Below are positions 37,350 through 48,222 of a DNA stretch of 52,296 bases, piece by piece (position 1 is the first letter of the stretch; the number at the start of each line of letters is the position of its first letter). The stretch spans positions 1 to 52,296 of the forward strand of contig CALHGQ010000188.1 of NCBI GenBank assembly GCA_938030175.1, in the 5' to 3' direction. A program made the position numbers and the translations under genes. The stretch comes from an uncultured bacterium. GTDB taxonomy: Bacteria > Planctomycetota > UBA1135 > GCA-002686595. The notes under the pieces are model-generated. The model had not been told where the DNA came from. It saw only the letters and a program-made list of their open reading frames with translations, and searched no databases.

Positions 37350-40207
37350 GGTCGGTGGGTGAACTCGTAGAGGTTGAAGACGACGCGGGCGATCGCGCTG
37401 CACGCGGCGGATTCGCCGCGCTGCTGCTCGACGGCCTGGGCGTGCTCCAGGAGCAGCGCGACCTCCTCGGCCGTCGCGCTGCGCCCTAGGGCCCAGCGAT
37501 ACGCCGCGTCGATGCGCACCGCAAGGGTCGCACCGGGAAGCTCGCGGATCATCCGCTCCCCCATCGCCTGGGCGATCTCGACGACGAGGGGATCATTCGC
37601 AAGCGCCAGCGCCTGGAGCGGGCTGGTGGAAACCGTCCTGCGCGTACAGCTAAAGCCCGGGGACGGCGCGTCGAAGGTGGAGTAGAACGGGAACGGCGAC
37701 GACCGCCAAATGCGGGTGTAGAGCGAGCGGCGGAAGCGCTCATCCCCCTCACTCGGCTTCCAGTTCTTCCGTGACTGCGTGAACGAGAAGACGCCCTCGG
37801 GCTGGGGCGGTTGGACCGGCCCCCCGCCGACCTTGCGGTGAAGTACGCCGCTCGCCTCCAGCATGCTGTCGCGGAGCACCTCGCCGGACAGGCGCATGGG
37901 CCGGCGACGGGAGAAGAGCGTGCCCTCGGGATCGGCCTTCACCTTCTCAGGCGACTGCGCATCCGACTGGCAGTATGTCTTCGAGAGGAGAATCGTCCGC
38001 AGCGTATGGCGCCGGGACATGCCATGCTCCACGAAGTCTTGCGCGAGCCACTCCAGCAAATCGGGGTGGGTCGGCCTGACCCCCCTCAGGCCAAAGTCGT
38101 TCTCGGAGGGCACGATGCCCACCCCAAAGAGCTGCTGCCAAAAACGGTTGACGGTGACCCGGTGCACGAGTGCGTTGGCGGGGTTCACGAGCCAGTGGGC
38201 AAGGTCGAGGCGCGTGCGCATCACGGACTCAGGATCCGCGAAGTGATCCATGGCCGCGGGCACCCCAGGTGACACTGGCTCGCGCTGATCGAGGAACGAG
38301 CCCCGTTCAAACCGGCGCGTGGTGCGGGGAGCGGAGCGCTCCTCAAGCACGAGCGTGCTAGGAAGTCGAGGCCGCTCGCCGCGCACTTGACTGAGCGCTC
38401 GCCATGAGTCGAGCCACGCCTTCGGAACGAGTCCGCCACCGGCTTGACCTGAGCCATCCCCTGCAGGGAGCGCAGCCGCCAGGCCCATGCGGAACGCCCC
38501 GATGGTGTGGTGGGAGCCGTACTCCTGTACGAGCTCCACTCGCAGCTCGCGCCCCTCCGCGTGGAAGGCTTCGGAAAGTTCGAGTTCTAGGACGTGCGGC
38601 GAGTCGAACTGGGGCTGCACCGCCCAGCCAGGTCCTTCGCCATCGAGAAGCGACGCAGCGACGTAGCTGGATCCACCTTTGGCGCTCGAGTCCTGCTCGA
38701 AGTCTGCGCGGGCAGCACCCAGGGCATGGGGCGTCCATTCGGCTTCGCCGTCGGCTCGACTCGCAACGCGCACTTCCTGGAGAACGAAGTTCTTCCCTCC
38801 GCGCCCTGGGCCTCCGTCCGCGAGCACCTCAAGGCGCAGGGCCCCCACGTTCGCGACCCCCGGCGTGGCGCCCTGCAGCACGTAGGTGCTAAACACCGGG
38901 TTCTGGCCGAGCAAGCGATACGCGCCGCTCAGCTCGGGTCGCAGCTCGGGACCGTTCGAACCCGTGGCCCACTCGGGTTGCCACACCGTCCAGTTCTCCG
39001 AGGCCTTGTTCCACTCGTCAAGGTAGCGCGCCTTCGCCTCGACCAGCCGCTGCTCCCACTTGGCCGCCTGCGCTTCTTCCTCGCTATTTCGCGGTACCAG
39101 CAGCGTCGGTGCCTGCGACACGCCTCCGTCCAACGTCGAGTTGAAGAACGCAAAGAGCCCGAAGTACTCCGAGTGCGTGATGGGATCGAACTTGTGGGTA
39201 TGGCACTGCGCGCACCCGACGGACGAGCCGAGCCAAACGGACCCGGTGGTATTGGTTCGATCGATGACCGCGTTGATGCGGTTCTCCTCGTCCTTCGCGC
39301 CGCCTTCCTGGTTGACCTGGGTGTTGCGATGAAACCCGGTCGCGATGCGCTGCTCGCGGGTGGCGTTGGGCAGCAGGTCACCTGCAAGCTGCTCCACCGT
39401 GAACTGGTCGAACGGCATGTCCGACGCAATGGCCTGGACCACCCAGTCACGCCAGGGCCAAATCGATCGCCCGCCGTCGATCGTGTAGCCGTGGCTGTCC
39501 GCGTAGCGCGCGAGGTCGAGCCAGTGCCTCGCCCAGTGTTCGCCGAACTCCTGGGAAGAGAGAAGGGCGTCCACATGCGCGGCGTAGGCGTCCTCCGAAG
39601 GGTCAGCCTCGAACGAAGCGATCGCCTCGGCGCTCGGCGGCAACCCCACGACGTCGAGGAAGAGGCGTCGCAGAAGATCCCGAGGGTTCGCCCTGGGATT
39701 GAGATCCAGCCCCTGCTGGCGCAGTCGTGCCTGGACGAATCCATCCAGCGTGGGGGCTGGCTCTGTTGCCGCCGGCTCGTCCTCAAACGGGGCGTAGGCC
39801 CAATGCGGCTCCCATTCGGCCCCGGCTTCGATCCACTGCCGCAGGAGATCGACCTCGTCGGATCTCAGCGCGCGACCTGCACCCGGGGGTGGCATGTGAT
39901 CGAAGTCGTCCTCCGACGTGACCCGGTACAGGAGTTCGCTGTCCTCCGGCGACCCGAGGTCGATCGCATCCGATTCCAGGAGTCCCGCCGCCGTATCCAG
40001 CCGCACGCCCGCGGCGCGCGCGCTCGGATCAGGCCCGTGGCATGCGAAGCAGTGCTCGCTCAGGACCGTGCGAACGCCGTTCGACCAACTTGGAGCCGAC
40101 TCTCCTTCCGTTCGGGCTGGCTCCGCGAGGAAGACGCCCAACACCAAAACGAGACCTGCGCGGGCCGCAGTGCACGCTGCGCGACTCTTCGACTGTTGGA
40201 CCGCCAT
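37346..40207 (-). CDS. Planctomycete cytochrome c / DUF1549 / DUF1553 (PSD1) protein
   Basis: Heme motifs CFACH and CAQCH(THKFDP); HWLDLARYADS; THPDLLEWLA; RRSLY; PLQAL. Confidence 0.93.
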   Translation of the reverse strand: MAVQQSKSRAACTAARAGLVLVLGVFLAEPARTEGESAPSWSNGVRTVLSEHCFACHGPDPSARAAGVRLDTAAGLLESDAIDLGSPEDSELLYRVTSEDDFDHMPPPGAGRALRSDEVDLLRQWIEAGAEWEPHWAYAPFEDEPAATEPAPTLDGFVQARLRQQGLDLNPRANPRDLLRRLFLDVVGLPPSAEAIASFEADPSEDAYAAHVDALLSSQEFGEHWARHWLDLARYADSHGYTIDGGRSIWPWRDWVVQAIASDMPFDQFTVEQLAGDLLPNATREQRIATGFHRNTQVNQEGGAKDEENRINAVIDRTNTTGSVWLGSSVGCAQCHTHKFDPITHSEYFGLFAFFNSTLDGGVSQAPTLLVPRNSEEEAQAAKWEQRLVEAKARYLDEWNKASENWTVWQPEWATGSNGPELRPELSGAYRLLGQNPVFSTYVLQGATPGVANVGALRLEVLADGGPGRGGKNFVLQEVRVASRADGEAEWTPHALGAARADFEQDSSAKGGSSYVAASLLDGEGPGWAVQPQFDSPHVLELELSEAFHAEGRELRVELVQEYGSHHTIGAFRMGLAAALPAGDGSGQAGGGLVPKAWLDSWRALSQVRGERPRLPSTLVLEERSAPRTTRRFERGSFLDQREPVSPGVPAAMDHFADPESVMRTRLDLAHWLVNPANALVHRVTVNRFWQQLFGVGIVPSENDFGLRGVRPTHPDLLEWLAQDFVEHGMSRRHTLRTILLSKTYCQSDAQSPEKVKADPEGTLFSRRRPMRLSGEVLRDSMLEASGVLHRKVGGGPVQPPQPEGVFSFTQSRKNWKPSEGDERFRRSLYTRIWRSSPFPFYSTFDAPSPGFSCTRRTVSTSPLQALALANDPLVVEIAQAMGERMIRELPGATLAVRIDAAYRWALGRSATAEEVALLLEHAQAVEQQRGESAACSAIARVVFNLYEFTHRP

Positions 40208-40245
40208 AGACACAATCTAGCAGACCCAGGCACCGGCGTTCGGCT

Positions 40246-40644
40246 TCAGATTTCTGGGTAAGCATCCACGGTCTTTTCGTCGCGGACGTCCCCGGTGTGC
40301 TTGACGTCCATCGGATCGATCACAAGGAGCGTGACCTCTTCACCGTCAAGAGTCCGGGGACGATGCCGCATCCCAGCGGGCACAACGATGACCTCGCCCG
40401 GATCGACTCGCACTTCTTCCACCGACGCATCCGCCGGATCCTCAAGGTCCATGATGAGCGTTCCGCCGATCGGTAAGAACACCTCATCGTGTTCCCGATG
40501 ATCGTGCCAGACGAACTCCCCTTGCACGCGCGCGAGCACGAGCTGGTGCCCGTCAAACTGGGCAATCCTGTGCGGCGTCCACAGAGCCTCCACCTGACGG
40601 AGCTTCTTGGAGAGTGAGATGGGCGACGGAAGTTTTTTCCTCAT
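40246..40644 (-). CDS. Cupin domain protein
   Basis: GEFVWHDHREHDEVF and VVPAGMRHRP cupin motifs; start chosen at MRKKLP. Confidence 0.88.
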   Translation of the reverse strand: MRKKLPSPISLSKKLRQVEALWTPHRIAQFDGHQLVLARVQGEFVWHDHREHDEVFLPIGGTLIMDLEDPADASVEEVRVDPGEVIVVPAGMRHRPRTLDGEEVTLLVIDPMDVKHTGDVRDEKTVDAYPEI

Positions 40645-40790
40645 GACCCCGTGAGGGTAGCAAGCCCTCTCCATCCATGGCGATGGCTCAAGACGAGTCA
40701 GCGGCGCCCAGTTTCCTAGGAGTCTGCGGAGCGATCCCGTGGATGCGGTCATTCCCCACCGGCCGGCTGGTCGAAACCCCTAGGGAATCC

Positions 40791-43067
40791 ATGACGATAG
40801 GTGAAAAAATCCCTGCCGCCGACCTCGCCTATCTAACGATGAGCGATGAGGAAGCTGACGAACTCCGTTCTCGTCAGAAGCGCCGCCTCTACGTTTCGAC
40901 CTACGGGTCCCTGCGGGCGCTCTGGTTCTACGTCGCCTTTCTCGCTGTGCTCGTGCACAGCCACTTCGCCGCTGGCGCCGCATGGACCGAGAGCACCCGA
41001 TGGTTCGCCGGGTTCTCGACGGCCTACGTCGTGATCGCATGGGCGGCCACCAAGCTGCTCTACAGCCCGGACAGGGGGAGCTTCGTGCCACGCATCTTCC
41101 TCGTCGCGGACTTTGTGATCGCCGGACTGATCATCTTCGTCACCGACGGCATCGCGAGCCCGTTCTTCTTCTTTCCCTACATTCGCACCATCGACCACGT
41201 GTTCGAAGGAGCGCGTGTGACCGCGACGAACCTAGCGATCGCCATCGCGACGCACCTCGTGGCCGTCCTTGCCTACGCCCAGGCCTACGGCACCGAGCTG
41301 CCGATACCGGCGCTGGTCCTCCAGCTCTTGGCGTGCGTTGCCACGGGCCTCTACACCACGCTCATCGCTGGAGCCGTCGCCCGCATCCGTGGTCGATCAC
41401 GAACCACGGTCTCCATCGCGCGCCACCTCGTGCGCGAGCTGCAGGCAACCACCATTCACCTGGAGGAGGCCCACAAGAGAGCCGCGCTTGCGGCGGAGGC
41501 CAAGGATCAGTTCCTGGCCAACATGAGCCACGAGCTACGGACGCCCATGAACGGCATCATCGGCATGTCAGAGCTGGCGCTTTCAACGGATCTCGACGAA
41601 GAGCCCGCGGAGTACGTCGGGGCGGTCCGGGACTCGGCGAGCGCGCTCCTCACCATCGTTAACGACGTACTCGATCTTTCAAGGCTCGAAGCGGGTGGCG
41701 TCAAGATCGAAGAGGCTCCCTTCCAGCTCGAGGAGTGCCTTCGCAACGCCCTGACTCCCACCGCTCCGCGCGCGTTCGCCAAGGGCCTCGACCTAACATG
41801 CGACGTCGATCCAGCGCTGCCCAGCTTGATCACGGGTGATGGAGCGCGGCTCAGGCAGATCTTGATCAACCTCGTGGGCAACGCGATCAAGTTCACCGAG
41901 ACTGGCCACGTCAGCGTGACTGCGAAGCACGGGGCCACGCAGGGCGAACTGCTGATCGTCGTCTCCGACACGGGCATCGGGGTCGCGCCCGACAAGATCT
42001 CCACGATCTTCAGCGAATTCACGCAGGCGGAGGAGTCCACGGCGCGGCGCTTCGGAGGGACGGGCCTTGGCCTCGCAATCTCTCGACGCCTCAGCGAGGC
42101 GATGGGTGGATCCCTTGAGCTTGAGAGCGAGCTGGATGTCGGCTCGCACTTCTCTCTTCGCCTCCCGCTCCGCTCCTCATGGAGAGCCAATCGGGATCAC
42201 GCACACGCTCGCGCAGGCGCCATTCCTTGCGAGGAACCCGTCCACGTCCTTTGCTACAGCGACGTCGTCCGCGCGTCCGTCGTCAGGCACGTGAAGAGGT
42301 TCGGATGCGACGTCATCGAGCACAGCAGCGCGAGCTCCCTCGAGCGAGCGATCGATCGGCAAGGGGCTCGGGAAGGTGGAAGCAATCCCCAAGTGATCGT
42401 CACCGTGCCGCCGTTCTCCACGGCGCGCCAGCTGGAGCTCGAGGACACAGCGAGCCACCTGACGCACCATCAATGGATCGTCGTGAGCCAGGCGCGTCCG
42501 CTGGACGGCTGGAAAGCCGCAGCGCTCAAGGACGCCAGGCTGATCCTCGCTCCGGTGGTCGGCGAAGGGCTGCGCAGGGCGATCGCGGAGCTCAGCTGCC
42601 CGTCGTCCAAGGCCGATATCTCGCATAGCTCTGGCAGAGACACCCCCGTCAAGTGGCGGGCCTCCACCCCGCTGCGAGTGCTGCTCGCGGAGGACAATCC
42701 CATGAACCAGGCCGTGGCCACGCGCTTGCTCTCCAAGTGGGGGCACACGGTCAAGGTGGCCGAGAACGGACAGCGAGCGCTCGAGATGCGCCGAGCCGGC
42801 TCGTTCGACGTCATCCTCATGGACATGCAGATGCCGGTGATGGACGGGCTCGCCGCGACGGCGAAGATTCGCCAGTTCGAATCCGAAAAGGGACTCGAGC
42901 GACTGCCGATCTTCGCCATGACCGCCAACGCAGGGGATCAAGTGCGCGAGCGCTGCCTCCGGGCGGGCATGGACGAGTTCATCACCAAACCGATCGACAT
43001 GCCGCTCCTGTTTCGATTGATGGACAAAGTCGAGCAGCAGGGCCCCGGCGACCGGGAAGCGGCCTAG
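40791..43067 (+). CDS. Membrane-bound hybrid sensor histidine kinase/response regulator
   Basis: N-terminal TM bundle; H-box [16 protein letters not shown]; NAIKFT; DTGIG; GGTGLGL; C-terminal receiver LLAEDN...DMQMP...KP. Confidence 0.93.
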   Translation: MTIGEKIPAADLAYLTMSDEEADELRSRQKRRLYVSTYGSLRALWFYVAFLAVLVHSHFAAGAAWTESTRWFAGFSTAYVVIAWAATKLLYSPDRGSFVPRIFLVADFVIAGLIIFVTDGIASPFFFFPYIRTIDHVFEGARVTATNLAIAIATHLVAVLAYAQAYGTELPIPALVLQLLACVATGLYTTLIAGAVARIRGRSRTTVSIARHLVRELQATTIHLEEAHKRAALAAEAKDQFLANMSHELRTPMNGIIGMSELALSTDLDEEPAEYVGAVRDSASALLTIVNDVLDLSRLEAGGVKIEEAPFQLEECLRNALTPTAPRAFAKGLDLTCDVDPALPSLITGDGARLRQILINLVGNAIKFTETGHVSVTAKHGATQGELLIVVSDTGIGVAPDKISTIFSEFTQAEESTARRFGGTGLGLAISRRLSEAMGGSLELESELDVGSHFSLRLPLRSSWRANRDHAHARAGAIPCEEPVHVLCYSDVVRASVVRHVKRFGCDVIEHSSASSLERAIDRQGAREGGSNPQVIVTVPPFSTARQLELEDTASHLTHHQWIVVSQARPLDGWKAAALKDARLILAPVVGEGLRRAIAELSCPSSKADISHSSGRDTPVKWRASTPLRVLLAEDNPMNQAVATRLLSKWGHTVKVAENGQRALEMRRAGSFDVILMDMQMPVMDGLAATAKIRQFESEKGLERLPIFAMTANAGDQVRERCLRAGMDEFITKPIDMPLLFRLMDKVEQQGPGDREAA

Positions 43068-43107
43068 CGCGGGGCCAAAGGCCGGGGCTACCGGCTATCC
43101 TCCGGCC

Positions 43108-43902
43108 ATGGAACTCATCGACATTGGCGCCAACCTTGGGAGCCAGCAGTTCAAGAAGGATCTCACCGACGTCTTAGAACGCGCACGATCCGCCGACGTA
43201 GCGGGCATGGTCGTCACGGGAACGAGCCTCGCCGGGAGTTGCCGCGCGCTTGAGATCGCGAAGACGTCCCCGACGCTCTGGTCCACCGCGGGCGTCCACC
43301 CCCATGATGCGAAGGAGTGGAACGCCGAGACATCCCAGGGGATTCGCGCGCTCAGCGGCGAAGCCAAGGTGGTCGCCGTCGGCGAGTGCGGGCTCGACTT
43401 CAACCGGAACTTCTCACCGCCGAGCGACCAGCGGACGGCCTTCGAGGCCCAGCTCGCCCTTGCGGCCAAAACCAGCCTGCCGCTCTTCCTGCACCAGCGC
43501 GACGCCCACGACGAGTTCCTCGCCACTCTGCAAGGCGCCTCGCAGGACCTGGACGGAGGAGCCGTCGTGCACTGCTTCACCGACGGTCCCGCGGAGGCTG
43601 AAGCCTACCTAGACCTCGGCTGCTACTTGGGAGTCACCGGCTGGGTGACCGACAAAAAGCGAGGCGACGCCCTGCGCCAAGCGGTGCCACTGATCCCTGA
43701 CGATCGGCTGCTCCTGGAGACCGACGCGCCCTACCTCATGCCCCAGACGATCTCCCCGAAGCCCAAGTCACGCCGCAACGAGCCGATGTACATGCGGCAT
43801 GTGGCCGAGGCGGTCGCAGAGCTGCGAGGCCAGTCCACGGAGGAAGTCGCCGCGCTCACGACCGAGAATGCGCGCCGCTTCTTCCGGATCTCCGAGCCCT
43901 AG
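43108..43902 (+). CDS. tatD: TatD-family DNase
   Basis: DIGANL, TAGVHPHDA, GECGLDFNR, FLHQRDAH, VHCFT, ETDAPYL, RNEP. Confidence 0.95.
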   Translation: MELIDIGANLGSQQFKKDLTDVLERARSADVAGMVVTGTSLAGSCRALEIAKTSPTLWSTAGVHPHDAKEWNAETSQGIRALSGEAKVVAVGECGLDFNRNFSPPSDQRTAFEAQLALAAKTSLPLFLHQRDAHDEFLATLQGASQDLDGGAVVHCFTDGPAEAEAYLDLGCYLGVTGWVTDKKRGDALRQAVPLIPDDRLLLETDAPYLMPQTISPKPKSRRNEPMYMRHVAEAVAELRGQSTEEVAALTTENARRFFRISEP

Positions 43903-43961
43903 CGGCGCGCCTCGAGCGCAAAGAGCCCGTGAGCGAGTTGAGGCTGGCGCGAGCGCGCCGG

Positions 43962-45029
43962 CTAGTCGCCGTCGGCGAACTCCGGAAAGGCCTCGGCGAG
44001 GTCGTCCGGCAAACCGCTCAGGACCTCGACAGACTCGCCGCTCGTAGGTGACTCGAAGAGCAGCCGATGGCTGTGGAGCGCGTGGCGATCGATGACAAGC
44101 TGCGCGCGGTCGGAGTCCGTCATCTCCCCCGCTGCCGAACGCAGAAAGATCTCGCGGTCTGGCCCGTAGAGCTTGTCGCCGACGAGTGGCGTCCCAATGG
44201 CCGCCATGTGAACTCGAATCTGGTGCTGACGTCCGGTGTGGATGCGCAGGCGCAGCAGCGCGCGTCCACCCGACACCTTGAGCGTTTCCCAGTCCGTGCG
44301 ACAGGGGAGCCCGTCCGCGGCGGTCGTCATTTCGAGCTCGACGGGGGACGTCGTCGATAGCCGGATCGGCGCGTCGATCGAACCGGACGCCGGCTCTGGC
44401 ACACCGTCCACGATTGCGAGGTAGCCTTTCTCCACGAGCCGGTCCTCGAACTGAATCGTGAGCGCGGGGTGCGTCCTCGGACGCTTGCTGACCAGCACGA
44501 TCCCGCTCGTTTCACGGTCGAGCCGATGGCAAAGGCGCGGCAAGAACTGGCCGGACTCGATCTCTTCGCGGTAGCGCAGGTGCACACGCTGAATGAGCGT
44601 GTCACTCATGTACCGGCCGCTGGGGTGGACCGCGATCAGCGGCGGCTTGTCCACCACAAGAACGTCCTCGTCCTCAAACAGTACGGTGAGTTCGTCGTGG
44701 GTCTCGCCGAGGAGCAAGGTTCGATAGGAGTCGGGGATCCGGATGAAGACCTGGGACCCGTGCTGGAGCTTCGCGCCGCTGCGCTTCTCTACCTTGCGAA
44801 CGCCCGTGCCCTTGGGTGCCTCGGGACGCGCCGCGTCGATCTCGACGTAGCCATCCCGGATCAGTCCCTGGACCGACGAGCGCGAACGCCACTTCAGATG
44901 GTGCCCGAGGAACTTGTCGAGCCGCATCGCGAAGCCCTTGATCGGAACGCGGAACGTGCTCGCGTCCACGAGCAGCCGCACCTCGGTGGGCGCTTCGGTG
45001 AGGTCGCGGTCTTTCTCAAAGATGCCCAT
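43962..45029 (-). CDS. rluD: RluA/RluD-family pseudouridine synthase with S4 domain
   Basis: MRLDKFL S4 domain; VDKP; HRLDRETSG; TGRQHQIRVH; GDKLYG; ALH. Confidence 0.88.
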   Translation of the reverse strand: MGIFEKDRDLTEAPTEVRLLVDASTFRVPIKGFAMRLDKFLGHHLKWRSRSSVQGLIRDGYVEIDAARPEAPKGTGVRKVEKRSGAKLQHGSQVFIRIPDSYRTLLLGETHDELTVLFEDEDVLVVDKPPLIAVHPSGRYMSDTLIQRVHLRYREEIESGQFLPRLCHRLDRETSGIVLVSKRPRTHPALTIQFEDRLVEKGYLAIVDGVPEPASGSIDAPIRLSTTSPVELEMTTAADGLPCRTDWETLKVSGGRALLRLRIHTGRQHQIRVHMAAIGTPLVGDKLYGPDREIFLRSAAGEMTDSDRAQLVIDRHALHSHRLLFESPTSGESVEVLSGLPDDLAEAFPEFADGD

Positions 45030-45097
45030 GGCGTAGAGGGGGATCGCGCCGGCGCGGAGAAAAGAGAGCGGTGTCCGCAGGCAACCATGCCTACGAC

Positions 45098-45127
45098 AAA
45101 GCCGCGCGGCCTTGAGGCTACGCGGCT
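45098..45127 (-). terminator. Possible terminator hairpin downstream of rpsU
   Basis: AGCCGCG-TAGCCTCAAGGCCG-CGCGGCT stem followed by TTGTCGT; the T tract is short. Confidence 0.45.
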
Positions 45128-45215
45128 GAGTCTTGTGCTCGAATCCAGGTCCGCGGACTTCAGCCTTACGAGCAGAGAGGTCCTGCTAGATCAGGCGAAT
45201 CGCACCCGGCGCTTC

Positions 45216-45458
45216 TCAGCGCTTCTTGGGGGCGCCACCGGGGCGACGCCGGCGACGACGGTTCGGGTCGTTCTTGCGGGTAGCCTTCTGCACGGTGCGG
45301 AGACGCTCGCGGCGCTCGCGGCGACGGCGATCCGAACGCTTCTCGTGCCAGGTGTTGGCTTTCGCGAGGCGGAAGATGCCGCTGTAGTTGCACTGACGCT
45401 TGAAGCGGCGAAGGGCGGCTTCGAGTGACTCGTTGGAACGAACGGAGACCTTGATCAA
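45216..45458 (-). CDS. rpsU: 30S ribosomal protein S21
   Basis: IKVSVRSNESLEAALRRFKRQC...HEKRS..RRR; TTG start. Confidence 0.92.
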   Translation of the reverse strand: MIKVSVRSNESLEAALRRFKRQCNYSGIFRLAKANTWHEKRSDRRRRERRERLRTVQKATRKNDPNRRRRRRPGGAPKKR

Positions 45459-45621
45459 GGGAGTGAGCCCGCTAGTGGCGGGGTTCAGGGTTGGAGGGTA
45501 CGGCTGGGCGCGGTTTCGAGCCGGGAAGGATACGTGGGCACCAGAGATGCCGCAACCGGCGTAATGCCGCTATCCTTGCGACGAGTGAGAGTTTTCTCCC
45601 GCCAACGCCTGTGGAGGGCCC

Positions 45622-47964
45622 ATGTCTAGTTCCCATCCAGGGGACCCATCTGGCCATAGCCAGGGCTCCCGCGGGGCCTCTGGGGGTGAAAACGGCGGCG
45701 ATGAGGTCTTCCAGGGCACCCTGGAGACGGTCACCTACCACGACGAAAAGTCGCTTTACGGGGTCCTCAGGCTGGCTCCGGACGCTGGATTCAAGGCTCC
45801 GGACGAGGGATCACTCTTCTCCCCGGGTCGCGTGACGGCCGTCGGAAAGATCGCAGACCCCGTGGAAGGGGTCCGCCTGCGCCTCACCGGCCGCTGGGGT
45901 CGACATTCAGCCCACGGCGTCCAGTTCGAGTTCGCCGCGACGGAAACCCTGCCCCCGGCCACCGAGGCCGGCCTCGTGCGCTACCTCTCCTCCAAGGTTT
46001 TCGAGGGCGTCGGCGCCACCCTCGCCCAGCGCATCGTCGACAAGCTGGGCACGGACGCCCTAGAGCGCATCTCCACGGAGCCTGGCGCCCTCGACAACAT
46101 CAAGGGACTGCGGCCGGACAAGGCCGAGCTGCTCAAGGAGACGATCCTGGGCCAATCCGCCCTGCACGCGGTCTTTGGGTTCCTCGCCCAGATCGGACTT
46201 GGGCCTGTCACCGCGCAAGCCGTGGTGGCCAAGCTCGGGGCGGAGTGCGAGGACGCCGTGCGCGCCAACCCCTTTTCCCTGACGCTGGTGCCCAGCGTGG
46301 GCTTCCTGACGGCCGATCGCGCGGCCAAACGACTGGGCCTGGCTCCCGATGACCCCAGACGACTGCGGGCCGTCACCCGGCACGTCCTGGAACGCTCCGG
46401 CAGCGAAGGGCACACCCATCTGCCCCTCGGGGAGCTCCTGCAGCGTTCGTCCAAGACCCTAGAGGGTGCCGCCCCAGAGGAAGCCTTCATCCGTGCCTTG
46501 GACGAGATGGAGGATGGTCTGCACATCGTCATCGATCGAGGGATCCTCGGGGAGCCGCTCCCCCTAGACGAAGACACGCGGGATCTCTTGGACGGCAGCG
46601 GGCGGTTCAACGCCGACCTGCCGTGCTACCTACCGCACATGCACTTCCATGAGTTGCGGCTCACCGAAGGGATTCAGCGCCTCCTCAAGGAACCAGCGCG
46701 GCCCCTCGCGACGGAAGAGGCCTTGGACACGGCCGCCGAGGCCGCCCAGATCGAGCTTCACCCGGACCAGCGAGCGGCGGTGCTCGAGCTCCTCTCCAAG
46801 CCCGTGGCGCTGCTCACGGGCGGGCCCGGCGTTGGCAAGACCACCATCGTGCGCTTCGTTGCTTCACTCGCTGAGGAGGGCGGCGCCAAGGTGCTCCTCG
46901 CCTCCCCCACCGGCCGCGCCGCCAAGCGACTGTCGGAGGCGACGGGCAGACCCGCCAGCACGATTCACCGGCTGCTCAAGTCGGTGCCAGGGCAGTCAGG
47001 GTTCGAACACGGCCGCGACAAGCCGCTCGAGGGTGGACTGCTCATCATCGACGAGGTCTCGATGCTCGATCTTGCGCTCGCGCGGCGACTCGTCGACGCG
47101 GTGGAAGCGCCCACTCGACTCGTGCTGGTCGGCGATCCGGATCAGCTTCCGTCGGTCGGCGCCGGCAACGTGCTCGCTGACTTCTTGACGTCCGGTGAGA
47201 TCCCGGTCGCCCGCCTTAGCCAGGTCTTCCGCCAGGCGAAGGAGAGCCTGATCGTCACCAACGCTCACCGCGTTCTCCAAGGCGAGCTGCCGGAGCTCCC
47301 GGCCAAGGGAGTGCTCGACGCCGACTTCTATTTCTTCCCCGTCGAGGGCAGCCCCGAGCGTCTGGCCGATCGCCTCGTGGACGTGGTCACGGAGCGGATT
47401 CCGAAGACGTTCGGGCTCAACTGGTCAGAGGATGTCCAGGTCCTCGCGCCCATGTACAAGGGCCCGGCCGGCGTGGACGCCCTGAACCATCGGCTGCGCG
47501 AGGCCCTTGGCGCAGGGGGCCGGGAAGTGCTCTTCGGTGACCAGCGCTGGCGCACCGGCGACCGAGTCGTCCAAACGAGGAATGACTACGAGCGAGAGGT
47601 CTTCAACGGCGACCTCGGGAAGATCGTCGGCGTCGATCAAACGGGCATCGTGACCGTGCAGTTCCCGGACCGAGAGGTAACCTACGAGAAGGGCGCCCTC
47701 AACGATCTGCGTGCGGCCTTCGCCATGACCGTGCACCGCAGCCAGGGTGGAGAGTACCCGGCCATCGTCTTTCCATTGACGATGCAGCACTCCCACATGC
47801 TCCAGCGGAACCTGTTCTACACCGCCATCACGCGGGCGAAGCGCCTCGTCGTTCTGGTGGGCGACCGGCGCGCCTTGACGGCCACTATCGAACACACCGA
47901 GCAGCAGGGCCGCCGTAGCTTGTTGGCCCAAAGGTTGAGCTCGGCGGTTGAGCCCAGCAGGTAA
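45622..47964 (+). CDS. recD2: ATP-dependent RecD-like DNA helicase (RecD2)
   Basis: N-terminal OB/HhH region; TGGPGVGKT; SPTGRAAKR; DEVSM; GDPDQLPSVGAG; TVHRSQG; YTAITRA. Confidence 0.94.
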   Translation: MSSSHPGDPSGHSQGSRGASGGENGGDEVFQGTLETVTYHDEKSLYGVLRLAPDAGFKAPDEGSLFSPGRVTAVGKIADPVEGVRLRLTGRWGRHSAHGVQFEFAATETLPPATEAGLVRYLSSKVFEGVGATLAQRIVDKLGTDALERISTEPGALDNIKGLRPDKAELLKETILGQSALHAVFGFLAQIGLGPVTAQAVVAKLGAECEDAVRANPFSLTLVPSVGFLTADRAAKRLGLAPDDPRRLRAVTRHVLERSGSEGHTHLPLGELLQRSSKTLEGAAPEEAFIRALDEMEDGLHIVIDRGILGEPLPLDEDTRDLLDGSGRFNADLPCYLPHMHFHELRLTEGIQRLLKEPARPLATEEALDTAAEAAQIELHPDQRAAVLELLSKPVALLTGGPGVGKTTIVRFVASLAEEGGAKVLLASPTGRAAKRLSEATGRPASTIHRLLKSVPGQSGFEHGRDKPLEGGLLIIDEVSMLDLALARRLVDAVEAPTRLVLVGDPDQLPSVGAGNVLADFLTSGEIPVARLSQVFRQAKESLIVTNAHRVLQGELPELPAKGVLDADFYFFPVEGSPERLADRLVDVVTERIPKTFGLNWSEDVQVLAPMYKGPAGVDALNHRLREALGAGGREVLFGDQRWRTGDRVVQTRNDYEREVFNGDLGKIVGVDQTGIVTVQFPDREVTYEKGALNDLRAAFAMTVHRSQGGEYPAIVFPLTMQHSHMLQRNLFYTAITRAKRLVVLVGDRRALTATIEHTEQQGRRSLLAQRLSSAVEPSR

Positions 47965-47987
47965 GCCCGGCAGGTAAGCCCAGCAGG
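47951..47987 (+). repeat. Short tandem repeat AGCCC(A/G)GCAGG(TA) x3 spanning the recD2 stop
   Basis: agcccagcaggta agcccggcaggta agcccagcagg, read directly from the sequence. Confidence 0.7.
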
Positions 47988-48222
47988 AGAGCACTGCAGC
48001 TACCCCAAGCAGCTGACCTGAGCGGCTCGAATCGATCGCCGCCCCCAGCGAGCAGGAAAAGGCTCGGAGCCGCCCAGCTTACGCCAGACGACTCCGATGC
48101 TTGCGTCACGGGTAGGCAGCAACAAGCCGCCTTCCGCACCTGCCTGCATCCGCAGGCAAGACGCGTGTTCTAGACGTGCAGAAAGGGCGCTACAAGGGAT
48201 TTCGCCCGCGAATTCGGGCGTT

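Noticed and set aside
38594-40261. Long antisense ORFs (this 555-aa one, also 12944..14218, 7588..8652, 9578..10615 and others)
   Set aside because: They mirror well-supported genes on the opposite strand, as expected from stop-codon scarcity in high-GC DNA, and carry no motifs.
47951-48222. CRISPR-like array or ncRNA in the recD2-rarA gap
   Set aside because: The repeats are 13 bp, adjacent and without spacers, and no cas genes are present. No tRNA or known ncRNA fold was recognised.
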